This document shows positions 28,641 to 38,306 of a stretch of DNA of 64,000 bases, in pieces; position 1 is the first letter of the stretch; every line of letters begins with the position of its first letter. Under the pieces are notes generated by a model. The model was not told the origin of the DNA. It worked only from the letters and a program-made list of their open reading frames with translations, and did not search any database. The position numbers and the translations under genes were made by a program. The stretch comes from Oscillospiraceae bacterium (GTDB taxonomy: Bacteria > Bacillota > Clostridia > Oscillospirales > Ruminococcaceae). The DNA lies in NCBI GenBank assembly GCA_031549285.1, contig JAVBPZ010000006.1:8196-72195 (forward strand), in the 5' to 3' direction.

Positions 28641-29225
28641 ATGAGCAGTTTGGTACCGTATGTTGTAGAACAGACCGCGCGTGGAGAGCGCTCGTACGAT
28701 ATTTTTTCCCGTTTGCTGAACGACCGCATTGTCATGCTGAGCGACGAGGTAAACGACACCACCGCCAGCCTGGTGGTGGCACAGCTGCTGTACCTGGAGG
28801 GACAGGACCCCGAAAAGGAAATCAGCCTGTATATCAACAGCCCGGGCGGGTCCATCACCGCGGGCATGGCCATTTATGACACCATGAACTATGTAAAATG
28901 TGACGTTTCCACCATCTGCATAGGCATGGCGGCGTCCATGGGCGCGTTTTTGCTGGCGGCTGGCGCAAAAGGCAAACGCATGGCGCTGCCCAACAGCGAA
29001 ATTATGATTCACCAGCCGTCCGGCGGGGCACAGGGCCCGGCCAGCGATATCAAAATTATGGCGGAACGTATTTTAAAAATGCGCCAGAAGATCAACAAGA
29101 TTTTGGCCGACGTGAGCGGACAGCCGCTGGAAGTGATAGAACGCGACACCGACCGCGATTATTTTATGAGCGCGGAAGAAGCGAAAAAATATGGTATTGT
29201 GGATAAAATAATCACCTCGCGCTGA
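28641..29225 (+). CDS. clpP: ATP-dependent Clp protease proteolytic subunit
   Basis: The sequence reads [16 protein letters not shown]...[18 protein letters not shown]...[11 protein letters not shown]...IMIHQP. AGGAGG lies 9 nt upstream. Confidence 0.97.
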   Translation: MSSLVPYVVEQTARGERSYDIFSRLLNDRIVMLSDEVNDTTASLVVAQLLYLEGQDPEKEISLYINSPGGSITAGMAIYDTMNYVKCDVSTICIGMAASMGAFLLAAGAKGKRMALPNSEIMIHQPSGGAQGPASDIKIMAERILKMRQKINKILADVSGQPLEVIERDTDRDYFMSAEEAKKYGIVDKIITSR

Positions 29226-29341
29226 GTGCCACGCCTGTGGCGGTCAGGAACCCTGTTCGGCGGACAGGCCGGGTGTATTGTCTGGCTGGCGGCTCGCGGC
29301 CAGCTGGAAAACAGGCAAACGCCCCGAAAAAAGGAGTACCC

Positions 29342-30688
29342 ATGGCAACAACGAACAAGAGCGGCCCCACCAAAGAGAAAAACCTGATTTGCAGCTTTTG
29401 CGGAAAAAGCCAGGACGATGTGGAGCGTATGATCATCGGCCCGGGCGTGAACATCTGCAATGAGTGTATTGAACTGTGCTATTCCTTGCTGGGGAACGAA
29501 GACGAAAAATATTTCGAAGATCCACAAAAAAATCAATTGCGGCCGGGCCGGGCACCCTCGCGGCACGACGTAAACGTGCTGACCCCACAGGAAATAAAGG
29601 CGGGGCTGGACCAGTATGTCATTGGCCAGGGCGAAGCAAAAACGGTGCTGTCGGTTTCTGTCTACAACCACTACAAGCGTGTTTTAAGCCCGCAGGTGGA
29701 TGACGTGGAGCTGCAAAAAAGTAACGTGCTGTTGCTGGGCCCGTCCGGCGTGGGCAAAACCCTGCTGGCGCAGACACTGGCGCAGATGCTGGGTGTGCCG
29801 TTCGCCATAGCGGACGCCACCACCCTGACCGAGGCCGGCTATGTGGGCGAGGATGTGGAAAACATCCTGCTAAAGCTGATTCAGGCGGCGGACTATGACG
29901 TGGAGCGCGCGGAACTGGGCATCATTTACATTGATGAAATCGATAAGATTACCCGCAAAAGCGAAAACCCCTCCATCACCCGGGACGTGGGTGGGGAAGG
30001 GGTGCAGCAAGCACTGTTAAAAATTCTGGAAGGCACCGTGAGCAATGTGCCGCCTCAGGGCGGGCGCAAGCACCCGCAGCAGGAATTTATCCAAATTAAC
30101 ACCAAGAACATTCTGTTTATCTGTGGCGGCGCGTTCGACGGGCTGGACAAGCTGATTCAAAAGCGTACCGATACTTCCTCGCTGGGCTTTGGCGCCAAGC
30201 TGAAGGAAGACCCCGAAAAGGTGCGCAAGGACTTGCTGCAGCGTGTGGAACCGCATGATATCGTTAAATTTGGATTGATTCCCGAGCTGGTGGGCCGCAT
30301 CCCGGTCATCACCGTGCTGGACCCGCTGGATGAAGACGCGCTGATTAAGGTGTTGAAAGAACCCAAAAACAGCCTGCTGAAACAGTACAAAATGCTGCTG
30401 CGCATGGACAATGTAGACCTGGAATTCACCGATGGCGCGCTGCATGCGGTGGCAAAAAAAGCCATTGCGCTGAACAGCGGGGCCCGCGGCCTGCGCAGCA
30501 TCATGGAAAAAGCGCTGATGAGCGTGATGTATGAGATTCCGAGTGATCCCACCATCATTAAGGTGACCATCAACGAAAAGGTTATTGACCAGGGCGGCAA
30601 ACCAAAGCTGGAGTTTGGCGCGGTACGCAAACGCTATAAGAGCGGCGGCGGGAATAGTGGCGGAAACCCTACAGCGCTGAGCGGCTAA
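29342..30688 (+). CDS. clpX: ATP-dependent Clp protease ATP-binding subunit ClpX
   Basis: A zinc finger (CSFCGKSQ...CNECIELC) and a Walker A motif ([15 protein letters not shown]) are followed by [10 protein letters not shown]. Confidence 0.97.
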   Translation: MATTNKSGPTKEKNLICSFCGKSQDDVERMIIGPGVNICNECIELCYSLLGNEDEKYFEDPQKNQLRPGRAPSRHDVNVLTPQEIKAGLDQYVIGQGEAKTVLSVSVYNHYKRVLSPQVDDVELQKSNVLLLGPSGVGKTLLAQTLAQMLGVPFAIADATTLTEAGYVGEDVENILLKLIQAADYDVERAELGIIYIDEIDKITRKSENPSITRDVGGEGVQQALLKILEGTVSNVPPQGGRKHPQQEFIQINTKNILFICGGAFDGLDKLIQKRTDTSSLGFGAKLKEDPEKVRKDLLQRVEPHDIVKFGLIPELVGRIPVITVLDPLDEDALIKVLKEPKNSLLKQYKMLLRMDNVDLEFTDGALHAVAKKAIALNSGARGLRSIMEKALMSVMYEIPSDPTIIKVTINEKVIDQGGKPKLEFGAVRKRYKSGGGNSGGNPTALSG

Positions 30689-30751
30689 GGAAATGACGAG
30701 CAGGTGCAATGCCGCCTTGGCGCACCACGCTCACTAGACAAATGTCCCCGG

Positions 30752-30787
30752 CAGACAGGAAGCGCAAGAAGCTTCCTGTCTGTTTTC
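30752..30787 (+). terminator. intrinsic terminator after clpX
   Basis: A 12-bp stem, CAGACAGGAAGC-N7-GCTTCCTGTCTG, is followed by TTTTC. Confidence 0.8.
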
Positions 30788-30930
30788 ATCCACGGGGAGA
30801 AGGCGTCTGCGTTGCTATAACATCGAAACAGCGAGTATTATATTTGTATATTGCGGAAATGTAAACAAATAGTTTTTGTGGTTCTTTTCGCACATTCTTC
30901 ACATTTGTTGTGTATGATAAGTACAGCGTT

Positions 30931-30957
30931 TTAGCAGATGCGTGTTCGGACTGCTAA
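30931..30957 (+). promoter_or_regulatory. CIRCE-like inverted repeat (possible HrcA operator) upstream of lon
   Basis: TTAGCAGAT-N9-GACTGCTAA compared with the CIRCE consensus TTAGCACTC-N9-GAGTGCTAA matches 6/9 and 8/9 positions with the same 9-9-9 geometry. It lies 39 nt before the lon ATG and just after a -10-like TATGAT (30913-30918). Confidence 0.45.
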
Positions 30958-30995
30958 TCATCCAAACGAATCTAAAGAACACAAGGGAGTGCACT

Positions 30996-33470
30996 ATGGC
31001 GGAAAAAGTAAAAGTGAAATTAAAATCCGGCGCCGACATTGTTCGGCTGCCGACGATTGCCCTGCGTGGGCTGGTGGTTTTCCCCAGCAATGTCATTCAT
31101 TTCGAGGTGGGCCGTTCGAAGTCTATCGCGGCTATTGAATGGGCCATGACCGGCGGCAACAGCGTATTTTTGGTCACGCAGAAGGATATGGACGTGGACG
31201 CGCCAGAGCTGCGGGATTTGTATAGCTATGGCGTAGTGGCGGAGGTAAAGCAGCTGCTGCGCATCTCCGACGACCTGGTGAAGGTAATAGTGGAAGGGCG
31301 TTACCGCGCGAAGCTGATTTCCCTGGATACCAGCGGGCGGTTTTTGCTGGCTGGCACCAAAAGCGCGCCGGTACGCCCGGTGCGCCCTGTGGACGCGGCC
31401 AAAGCCGAGGCACTGCTGCGCAGCATTAAGGAAGCGTTTGAAAAATATTTGGCGCTGAACCCACGCCTGCCGAAGGATGTTATTTATACCATCATGACCG
31501 GCGAGTCGGCCACCTTCTTGTCAGAATATATTCCGGCGAACCTGCTGTTCAAGTTCGCGGACAAACAGGATATTTTGGATACCTCTTCGCTGCTGGAGCG
31601 GCTGGAAAAGATATTGTCCCTGATGCAAAAAGAGAACAAGATTTTGTCCATTGAAAAGGATATTCAGGAAAAAGTATCCGACGCGATGGACAAGAACCAG
31701 CGTGATTATTACCTGCGGGAGCAGATGCGCGCGATAGCCGGGGAACTGGATGAAGGTGACGACACCCAGGGCGAGGCGGAAAAATACCGCGAGCAGATAA
31801 AGAAACTGAACCTGCCGGAGGAAGCCAACGAAAAGCTGCTGAAGGAAGCCGACCGCCTGCAGCGCATGCAGGGCAGCAGCCAGGAGGCCGCGGTCATTCG
31901 CACCTATCTGGACACCTGCCTGGAGCTGCCGTGGAACGTGGAAACGGTGGACAACCTGGATATTAAGAAGGCCGAGGCTGCCTTAAACCGCGACCATTAC
32001 GGCCTGAAAAAGGTGAAAGAGCGCATACTGGAGCTGTTGAGCGTGCGCAAGCTGGCGCCCGAGGTAAAAAGCCAGATCATCTGTTTGGTGGGCCCGCCCG
32101 GCGTGGGCAAAACCTCCATCGCGCAGTCCATTGCCAGCACGCTGGGGCGCAAATATGCCCGCATGAGCCTGGGCGGCGTGCGCGATGAGGCGGAGAGTCG
32201 CGGCCATCGGCGCACCTATATTGGCGCCATGCCTGGAAAGATTATCAGCGCCATCAGCACCGCGAAGAGCAAGAACCCGCTGCTGCTGCTGGACGAAATA
32301 GACAAGCTGGCCAGTGATTTCCGCGGTGACCCCGCTGCGGCGCTGCTGGAGGCGCTGGACCCCGAACAGAACAAAACCTTTAAGGACCATTATCTGGATA
32401 TCCCGTTCGATCTGTCGGACGTGCTGTTCATCACCACCGCAAACAACCTGGATACCATTCCGCGTCCACTGCTGGACCGCATGGATATAATAGAGTTGTC
32501 CAGCTATACGCGTGTGGAAAAGTTCAACATTGCGAAGAAGCACCTGCTGCCGAAACAGCTGGCCAAAAATGGGCTGAAAGGTAAGGTACGCATCACCGAC
32601 TCGGCGTTGTACGCGCTGATAGACAGCTACACCCAAGAGGCCGGCGTGCGCAGTCTGGAGCGCGCCATTACCGAGGTGCTGCGCAAATGCGCCAAGAGCA
32701 TTGCGGCGGGTGACAAGGAAAAAATCACCATCAGCGCCCAGAACCTGGAGCAGCTATTGGGGCCGAAACGCATTAAGCCGCCGTTCTATAACCGTGCCAA
32801 TGCCGTGGGCATTGCAAACGGACTGGCCTGGACCAGTGTGGGCGGCGAGATACTGCCCATAGAGGTGCAGATTGTGGAAAATGGCACCGGAAAGCTGGAG
32901 CTGACCGGCTCGCTGGGCGAGGTGATGAAGGAAAGCGCAAAGCTGGCCATCACCTATGCCAAGTCCCGGGCGGGGGTCTTTGGGTATGATCCCGAAATTT
33001 TTAAAAATGCCGACATCCATATCCATGCCCCGGAGGGCGCCATTCCGAAGGACGGGCCGTCCGCCGGCATTACGCTGACCACCGCGCTTATTTCCCGCCT
33101 GTCCGGCCGGCCGGTGCGCAGCGATGTGGCCATGACCGGCGAGATTACGCTGCATGGCATTGTTTTGCCGATAGGCGGGCTGAAGGAAAAAAGCATGGCG
33201 GCGTACCGGCAGGGCATGAAGCAGGTGATTATCCCAAAGGACAACCTGTCTGACCTGCATGAGATTGACGACGAGGTGAAAGACCATCTGCAGTTTGTGC
33301 CGGTGGCAAACCTGGACGAGGCGTTTGCGGTGTCCCTGATGCCGGCACCGAAGGCACAGGTGGCCCGCAAAAAGCCCGCACCAAAGGTGACGGCAAAGAC
33401 AAAAACGTCCGCGAAGCAGCCGATACCGGACCCGAAACCGGCCGGTGTGCGGCGGGAGATTCCACAGTAA
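30996..33470 (+). CDS. lon: ATP-dependent Lon protease (LonA)
   Basis: An N-terminal LON domain, a Walker A motif (GPPGVGKTSIAQSIA) and the protease Ser motif (DGPSAGITLTTAL) are present. The protein ends in a basic C-terminal tail. Confidence 0.96.
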   Translation: MAEKVKVKLKSGADIVRLPTIALRGLVVFPSNVIHFEVGRSKSIAAIEWAMTGGNSVFLVTQKDMDVDAPELRDLYSYGVVAEVKQLLRISDDLVKVIVEGRYRAKLISLDTSGRFLLAGTKSAPVRPVRPVDAAKAEALLRSIKEAFEKYLALNPRLPKDVIYTIMTGESATFLSEYIPANLLFKFADKQDILDTSSLLERLEKILSLMQKENKILSIEKDIQEKVSDAMDKNQRDYYLREQMRAIAGELDEGDDTQGEAEKYREQIKKLNLPEEANEKLLKEADRLQRMQGSSQEAAVIRTYLDTCLELPWNVETVDNLDIKKAEAALNRDHYGLKKVKERILELLSVRKLAPEVKSQIICLVGPPGVGKTSIAQSIASTLGRKYARMSLGGVRDEAESRGHRRTYIGAMPGKIISAISTAKSKNPLLLLDEIDKLASDFRGDPAAALLEALDPEQNKTFKDHYLDIPFDLSDVLFITTANNLDTIPRPLLDRMDIIELSSYTRVEKFNIAKKHLLPKQLAKNGLKGKVRITDSALYALIDSYTQEAGVRSLERAITEVLRKCAKSIAAGDKEKITISAQNLEQLLGPKRIKPPFYNRANAVGIANGLAWTSVGGEILPIEVQIVENGTGKLELTGSLGEVMKESAKLAITYAKSRAGVFGYDPEIFKNADIHIHAPEGAIPKDGPSAGITLTTALISRLSGRPVRSDVAMTGEITLHGIVLPIGGLKEKSMAAYRQGMKQVIIPKDNLSDLHEIDDEVKDHLQFVPVANLDEAFAVSLMPAPKAQVARKKPAPKVTAKTKTSAKQPIPDPKPAGVRREIPQ

Positions 33471-33516
33471 AACGTTTGGCAGAGCAGTTTCTTTTGTCTG
33501 CCTAAAACAAAATAGC

Positions 33517-33556
33517 ACCCGCGCCGCCGGCAGAATGGGCGGCGCGGGTTTGTTTA
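33517..33556 (+). terminator. intrinsic terminator after lon
   Basis: ACCCGCGCCGCC-N9-GGCGGCGCGGGT is followed by TTGTTTATT. Confidence 0.75.
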
Positions 33557-33810
33557 TTGGGGCACAGCCGGTAAATCTGTGCGGTGGTATCGGGGGGAGA
33601 TGTTTTAAATTTTTCCTTGCGGTTTGCGCTGCACCCGGGTATTTTGTAGTACTTTTCCCTATGCGGGACGGTGTGCGCTTAACCGACCGCCCGCGTTTGC
33701 GGCAGGCCGTGTTTTATGTTAAACTAAAATGCACCGGGTTCGCTTGTAAGGCGTTGCTGTTTTGTGCCGTTGCCAGCGGCAAGCCAGCCCAACTAGCAAA
33801 GGGGAACACC

Positions 33811-34416
33811 ATGCCCAAACTGGATTTCACAAAAGCAGAATTCGCCACATCGGTGGGGAATGCGTCGCAGCTGCAGACGCAGGACCGGCCGGAGTTTGTG
33901 TTCGCCGGTCGCTCCAATGTGGGGAAATCTTCGCTGATAAACAAGCTGGCAAACCGCAAGAGGCTGGCCCGCATCAGCGCCACACCCGGCAAAACCGCCA
34001 CCATTAATTTTTATACGGCGGGAGATGTATACCTGGTGGATCTACCGGGCTACGGTTATGCGAAAGTTTCCGACGCGGAGCGCAAGCGCTGGGACCGCCT
34101 GATAGATGGGTACTTTGCCGCTGGAAGGGAGATTTCCCTGCTGCTGCAACTGCTGGATTGCCGGCATGCGCCCTCAAAAGATGACGTACAAATGCTGGAA
34201 TATCTCTCGCACTATCACATTCCGTTCGTGGCAGTGCTTACAAAAGCGGACAAGGTGAAACCTTCCCAGCACGCAAAAATCATCGCAGAATTTACCGACA
34301 CATTGGCTTTATATAATTGTAAAGGCATATTACTTGTCAGCGCAGAAAAGGGGACGGGAATCCCAGAACTGGCCCAGTGCATGCGGGAGGCACTACCGCA
34401 GGAGGATGAAGGATAG
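33811..34416 (+). CDS. engB: ribosome biogenesis GTP-binding protein YihA/YsxC (EngB)
   Basis: The start is MPKLDFTKAEF, followed by GRSNVGKSSLIN, DLPGYGYA and TKADK. The lon-engB synteny is conserved. The ORF-track N-terminal extension is rejected. Confidence 0.9.
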   Translation: MPKLDFTKAEFATSVGNASQLQTQDRPEFVFAGRSNVGKSSLINKLANRKRLARISATPGKTATINFYTAGDVYLVDLPGYGYAKVSDAERKRWDRLIDGYFAAGREISLLLQLLDCRHAPSKDDVQMLEYLSHYHIPFVAVLTKADKVKPSQHAKIIAEFTDTLALYNCKGILLVSAEKGTGIPELAQCMREALPQEDEG

Positions 34417-34488
34417 GGAACCTTCCGCGCAAAAACAGATAGCGTTTTTGTTTTGGCCATACGGCAAATAAACGGACGGAGGAACAGC

Positions 34489-35244
34489 ATGCCCTACCAA
34501 AGCTTTGCCTATTGGTACGATGTTTTTAACCAGGCGGCAGACTATGACTGTTTGACAAAACAGCTGCTGTCCATTCTGCAAAAACATGGCGTAAAACCGC
34601 AGCATCTGGTGGCGGACCTGGGGTGTGGCACGGGGGAAGTGACGCTGCGCCTGTCGGCCGCGGGGTACGACATGTTGGCGGTGGATGCGTCCGGCGATAT
34701 GTTGTGTGTGCTGCAGGACAAAATGATGCAGCAAGGGCGTGACGGCATTCTGTTGCTGGAACAAGACTTGGTTAAATTAGATTTGTATGGAACAGTAATG
34801 GCCGCGGTGTCCACATTCGATACGCTGAATCATTTGACCACTAAACAGTTGCAACAGGCTATTGCGCGTCTGTCACTGTTTATTGAGCCCTGCGGCATGT
34901 TTCTATTCGACGCCAATACGCCGTATAAACACCAGCATGTTTTGGCGGACAACCAGTTCACCATCGAAACAGAAGACGCGGTGTGTGTGTGGAAAAACAC
35001 GTACGACGCCGAAAACGCCGTGACCGACATCACGGTTACTGCTGAAAAAGACGGGCAACCGCTCTGGACCGAGCGGTTTCGTGAGTATGTATATTCGCTG
35101 GCGTTTTGGAAGGATCTGCTAACAGAGGGCGGGTTTGAGGTGCTGCAGGTGCTGGATGGAGAGGCATTCGCGCCGCTGTGCGAAGAAAGCCAGCGGTATT
35201 TGATAGTGGCGCAAAAACGCAGAAGCCCGGAGGCGTGCCCATAG
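34489..35244 (+). CDS. class I SAM-dependent methyltransferase
   Basis: SAM motif I, VADLGCGTGEVTLRL, is present. Confidence 0.75.
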   Translation: MPYQSFAYWYDVFNQAADYDCLTKQLLSILQKHGVKPQHLVADLGCGTGEVTLRLSAAGYDMLAVDASGDMLCVLQDKMMQQGRDGILLLEQDLVKLDLYGTVMAAVSTFDTLNHLTTKQLQQAIARLSLFIEPCGMFLFDANTPYKHQHVLADNQFTIETEDAVCVWKNTYDAENAVTDITVTAEKDGQPLWTERFREYVYSLAFWKDLLTEGGFEVLQVLDGEAFAPLCEESQRYLIVAQKRRSPEACP

Positions 35245-35445
35245 TTTATTTTTTAAAAACAGACACCCGCACAGGATACCAAAAACCGATGTACCGACGA
35301 AATAGCACATCTCTCACATGTTTCACAATGAATGGTGTAATACCCCATATTCTTGGCCTGCCATGCGCCAGGCTGCCGCAAGTTTCCTTTTGTGCGAAAC
35401 AGGCTTTGTTCACCAATGAAACCGGAACACAGGAGTGACGACAAT

Positions 35446-36369
35446 ATGAGCCAAACCGACAAAACCGCCACAGGCAAAAAATACAACATGGTACGCGCTA
35501 TTTCTGAAAATGGCGGCGTGGTAATTTGTGCGCTGGATTCCACAGAGATGGTGTCCCAGATGGAGCGATACCATAAAACCAGCGCCACCGCCTCCGCTGC
35601 CTTGGGGCGCCTGCTGACCGCCGCCTCGCTAATGGGGGTCATGATGAAAAGCCCGGACGATTCCCTGACATTGCGGGTGAACGGTGGCGGACCGCTGGGT
35701 GCGCTGCTGGCGGTGTCGGACGGGGACGGCAACGTGCGTGGTTATGTGGATCACCCGCTGGTGGAACTGCCGCCCCGCGCGGACGGCAAACTGGATGTGG
35801 GCGGCGGGGTAGGCAAGGACGGCACCCTGGCGGTAATACGCGACCTGGGGCTGAAAGAACCGTATGTGGGGCAGGTGCCCCTGGTGTCCGGCGAGATTGC
35901 GGAGGATATCACCAGCTATTATGCGGCCAGCGAGCAGACACCCAGTGTGTGTGCGCTGGGTGTGGTGGTGGACAAGGATCTGTCGATCCGGGCTGCCGGC
36001 GGGTTTTTGCTGCAGTTGCTGCCCGGCGCCACCGATGCCGAGATTACTATGTTGGAAGAAAATATTGCGAAAATTCCTTCGGTAACGGCGCTACTGGAAG
36101 GCGGCGGAACCATTTACGACATGGTGGAAACCACCCTGGCAGGCTTTTCGCCCAACATCCTGGACGAAAGCAATGTACGGTACCGCTGCTACTGCAGCCG
36201 GCAGCGTACCCAGGATATCCTGGTGGGCCTGGGCAGGGAGGAGCTGGAAAAAATGCGGCAGGAAAACCCAGAGGTGACGGTGGAATGCCACTTTTGCGAC
36301 AAGAAGTACACCTTTGAACTTGCGCAGTTGCTGCCATTAACACAAAAGGCCACGAGGGACGAAAGCTGA
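35446..36369 (+). CDS. hslO: redox-regulated chaperone Hsp33
   Basis: The C-terminal zinc centre reads CYCSRQ...CHFCDKKY, and the N-terminal Hsp33 fold sequence is present. Confidence 0.9.
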   Translation: MSQTDKTATGKKYNMVRAISENGGVVICALDSTEMVSQMERYHKTSATASAALGRLLTAASLMGVMMKSPDDSLTLRVNGGGPLGALLAVSDGDGNVRGYVDHPLVELPPRADGKLDVGGGVGKDGTLAVIRDLGLKEPYVGQVPLVSGEIAEDITSYYAASEQTPSVCALGVVVDKDLSIRAAGGFLLQLLPGATDAEITMLEENIAKIPSVTALLEGGGTIYDMVETTLAGFSPNILDESNVRYRCYCSRQRTQDILVGLGREELEKMRQENPEVTVECHFCDKKYTFELAQLLPLTQKATRDES

Positions 36370-36548
36370 AAAATGTAACACCGACGCGAAACATGAGATG
36401 CGCGGGAAGTGGTACATATGATCCGCGGGAAATGCGACTGGGCGTACAGCTGTTCCTGCGTCCTGCGCGGTGGTTGGGTGTTTATATTGTGCAAAAAAAC
36501 GTCCCCCATTCACCATGGGCGGCATTGCCGGTTTTCCGTTCCAAAACC

Positions 36549-36577
36549 TTGACAAAACGGTACGAATAAGGTAAAAT
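36549..36577 (+). promoter_or_regulatory. promoter of the tRNA cluster
   Basis: TTGACA, a 17-nt spacer, then TAAAAT. Confidence 0.65.
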
Positions 36578-36624
36578 AATCATCGTCGCGCGGTTCGGCA
36601 CGGTGCACAAAACGCGGCGGTTTT

Positions 36625-36700
36625 GCGGCCATAGCTCATCTGGTAGAGCGCCACCTTGCCAAGGTGGAGGTAGCGAGTTCGAGCCTCGTTGGCCGCTCCA
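36625..36700 (+). tRNA. tRNA-Gly (GCC), CCA encoded
   Basis: The cloverleaf was folded by hand: acceptor GCGGCCA/TGGCCGC and anticodon loop TTGCCAA. Confidence 0.9.
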
Positions 36701-36787
36701 TTTTTCGTAGCCACTCCGAACCATTCCGCGGGTGAAAGGTTCGGAGTGTGGTATATCCAGGCGTCGTTTTCGCCGGGCCGCGCTTGC

Positions 36788-36817
36788 TTGACAAGCTGCG
36801 CCGCCCCATGGTATCAT
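36788..36817 (+). promoter_or_regulatory. internal promoter before tRNA-Val
   Basis: TTGACA, an 18-nt spacer, then TGgTATCAT. Confidence 0.5.
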
Positions 36818-36834
36818 AATCAAGTCGGTTTTGT

Positions 36835-36910
36835 GGGAGCATAGCTCAGCTGGGAGAGCACCTGCCTTACAAGCAGGGAGTCACAGGTTCGAGCCCTGTT
36901 GTTCCCACCA
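36835..36910 (+). tRNA. tRNA-Val (TAC), CCA encoded
   Basis: The anticodon stem-loop is CCTGC-CTTACAA-GCAGG and the T-loop is GGTTCGAGCC. Confidence 0.9.
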
Positions 36911-36916
36911 TCAGTT

Positions 36917-36993
36917 GGCCCGGTAGTTCAGTTGGTTAGAACGCTAGCCTGTCACGCTAGAGGCCGTGGGTTCAAGTCCCATCCGGGTCGCCA
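36917..36993 (+). tRNA. tRNA-Asp (GTC), CCA encoded
   Basis: The anticodon stem-loop is CTAGC-CTGTCAC-GCTAG. Confidence 0.9.
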
Positions 36994-37074
36994 TTTTGTT
37001 TGTTTATTCCATGCAGGGGCTGGGCAGTAGCATGCGTACTGCATGGATGCAAAATATACGTTCCATCGCGGTAT

Positions 37075-37150
37075 GCCTCTGTAGCTCAGTTGGTAGAGCA
37101 GTGGACTGAAAATCCACGTGTCGTTGGTTCGATTCCGACCGGAGGCACCA
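37075..37150 (+). tRNA. tRNA-Phe (GAA), CCA encoded
   Basis: The anticodon stem-loop is GTGGA-CTGAAAA-TCCAC. Confidence 0.9.
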
Positions 37151-37153
37151 TGT

Positions 37154-37229
37154 GCGGCCATAGCTCATCTGGTAGAGCGCCACCTTGCCAAGGTGGAGGT
37201 AGCGAGTTCGAGCCTCGTTGGCCGCTCCA
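37154..37229 (+). tRNA. tRNA-Gly (GCC), second identical copy
   Basis: The sequence is identical to 36625-36700. Confidence 0.9.
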
Positions 37230-37273
37230 TTATAAGAGCAGAAGAACAACACAATAGCGCAGCTGCTCTTTGT

Positions 37274-37348
37274 GGTGCCGTTGCCAAGTGGTAAGGCCCG
37301 GGTCTGCAAAACCCGTATTCGGCAGTTCAAATCTGCCCGGCACCTCCA
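37274..37348 (+). tRNA. tRNA-Cys (GCA), CCA encoded
   Basis: The anticodon stem-loop is CGGGT-CTGCAAA-ACCCG. Confidence 0.88.
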
Positions 37349-37458
37349 ATTATCTACAAAAACCGATTGCATTATGCAGTTGGTTTTTTTTATAATTATT
37401 CTACGATGTGGGCACCATTAAAATATGGTAACATTGCCAACAGGCCGGGAGGCGTATC

Positions 37459-38226
37459 ATGGAGGAACGGTTTGCTTTTTTGCGGCAGGAAAACGGGATC
37501 AACGCATTCTGGTTGAAGATCATTGCCATCACCGGCATGACAATGGATCACATTGCCTGGGTGTTTGGTGGCTCGTTGCCGCCGTCGGTGAACTTTATTC
37601 TCTATTTTGCCGGTGGGTTTACCTTTCCCATCATGGCCTGCCTAATGGCCATCGGGTACTACAAAACCAGCAACCTGCGCCGGTACATGCTGCGTCTGCT
37701 GGTGTTTGCGCTCATTTCACAAATTCCGTTCATGCTGGCATTCCATCTGTTTACATTAAATGTTTTGTTCACCCTGCTGCTGGGGTTGTGCTTCTTTTGG
37801 CTGTATGACAACCTGAAAAGCCGTGTGCTGTTTTGGGTGTTGTTTGTGGTGGCAGAGGTGCTTAGCATCGGGTTCGATTGGGGCATTTTTGGCCTGCTTT
37901 TGATGGTGTTGCTCCACCTTTTTGTTAAAAATGGAAAAAGCTTCACCCAACCGCTATTGTTTGCCATTGTTCCCATGTTTCTGTTGTCGCTGGTCATGGG
38001 GGTGCCGGCGGTGCTGGACGGTGGGGGCCTTGCAGGGCTGTATGACGTCCTGTTCGCGGTGGGCTCCCTGTGTGTTATTCCGCTGATGAAGTTATACAAT
38101 GGGCGCCAGGGAATGCGTGTTCGCTATCTGTTTTACATCTATTACCCGGCGCATTTAGCGGCGCTGGTGCTGCTGTCCTGGCTGGTGTGTAAGACCCCGC
38201 CCACCTTTCCCACGTTGTCAGTATAA
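37459..38226 (+). CDS. TraX family membrane protein
   Basis: This is a polytopic membrane protein. The N-terminus FWLKIIAITGMTMDHIAWVF is typical of the TraX family. Confidence 0.75.
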   Translation: MEERFAFLRQENGINAFWLKIIAITGMTMDHIAWVFGGSLPPSVNFILYFAGGFTFPIMACLMAIGYYKTSNLRRYMLRLLVFALISQIPFMLAFHLFTLNVLFTLLLGLCFFWLYDNLKSRVLFWVLFVVAEVLSIGFDWGIFGLLLMVLLHLFVKNGKSFTQPLLFAIVPMFLLSLVMGVPAVLDGGGLAGLYDVLFAVGSLCVIPLMKLYNGRQGMRVRYLFYIYYPAHLAALVLLSWLVCKTPPTFPTLSV

Positions 38227-38260
38227 CTGCGGTGCGGGAGTTTGAAAAAATAAGCACTGC

Positions 38261-38297
38261 AAAGTCGGTGGCCCGCGGGCAATCGACTTTTTTTTAT
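38261..38297 (+). terminator. intrinsic terminator after the traX-like gene
   Basis: AAAGTCG...(inner GCCCGCGGGC)...CGACTTT is followed by a T-run. Confidence 0.7.
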
Positions 38298-38306
38298 GTG
38301 TATGGT

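Noticed and set aside
27333-29012. 559-aa minus-strand ORF opposite tig and clpP
   Set aside because: It lies antisense to two highly conserved genes and bridges their intergenic spacer. Its composition is His/Gly/Val/Phe-rich and not protein-like.
36701-36760. Hairpin after the first tRNA-Gly (CCACTCCGAACC...GGTTCGGAGTG) considered as a terminator
   Set aside because: No T-run follows it. It is more likely a processing stem or a coincidental structure, so it is not listed as a feature.
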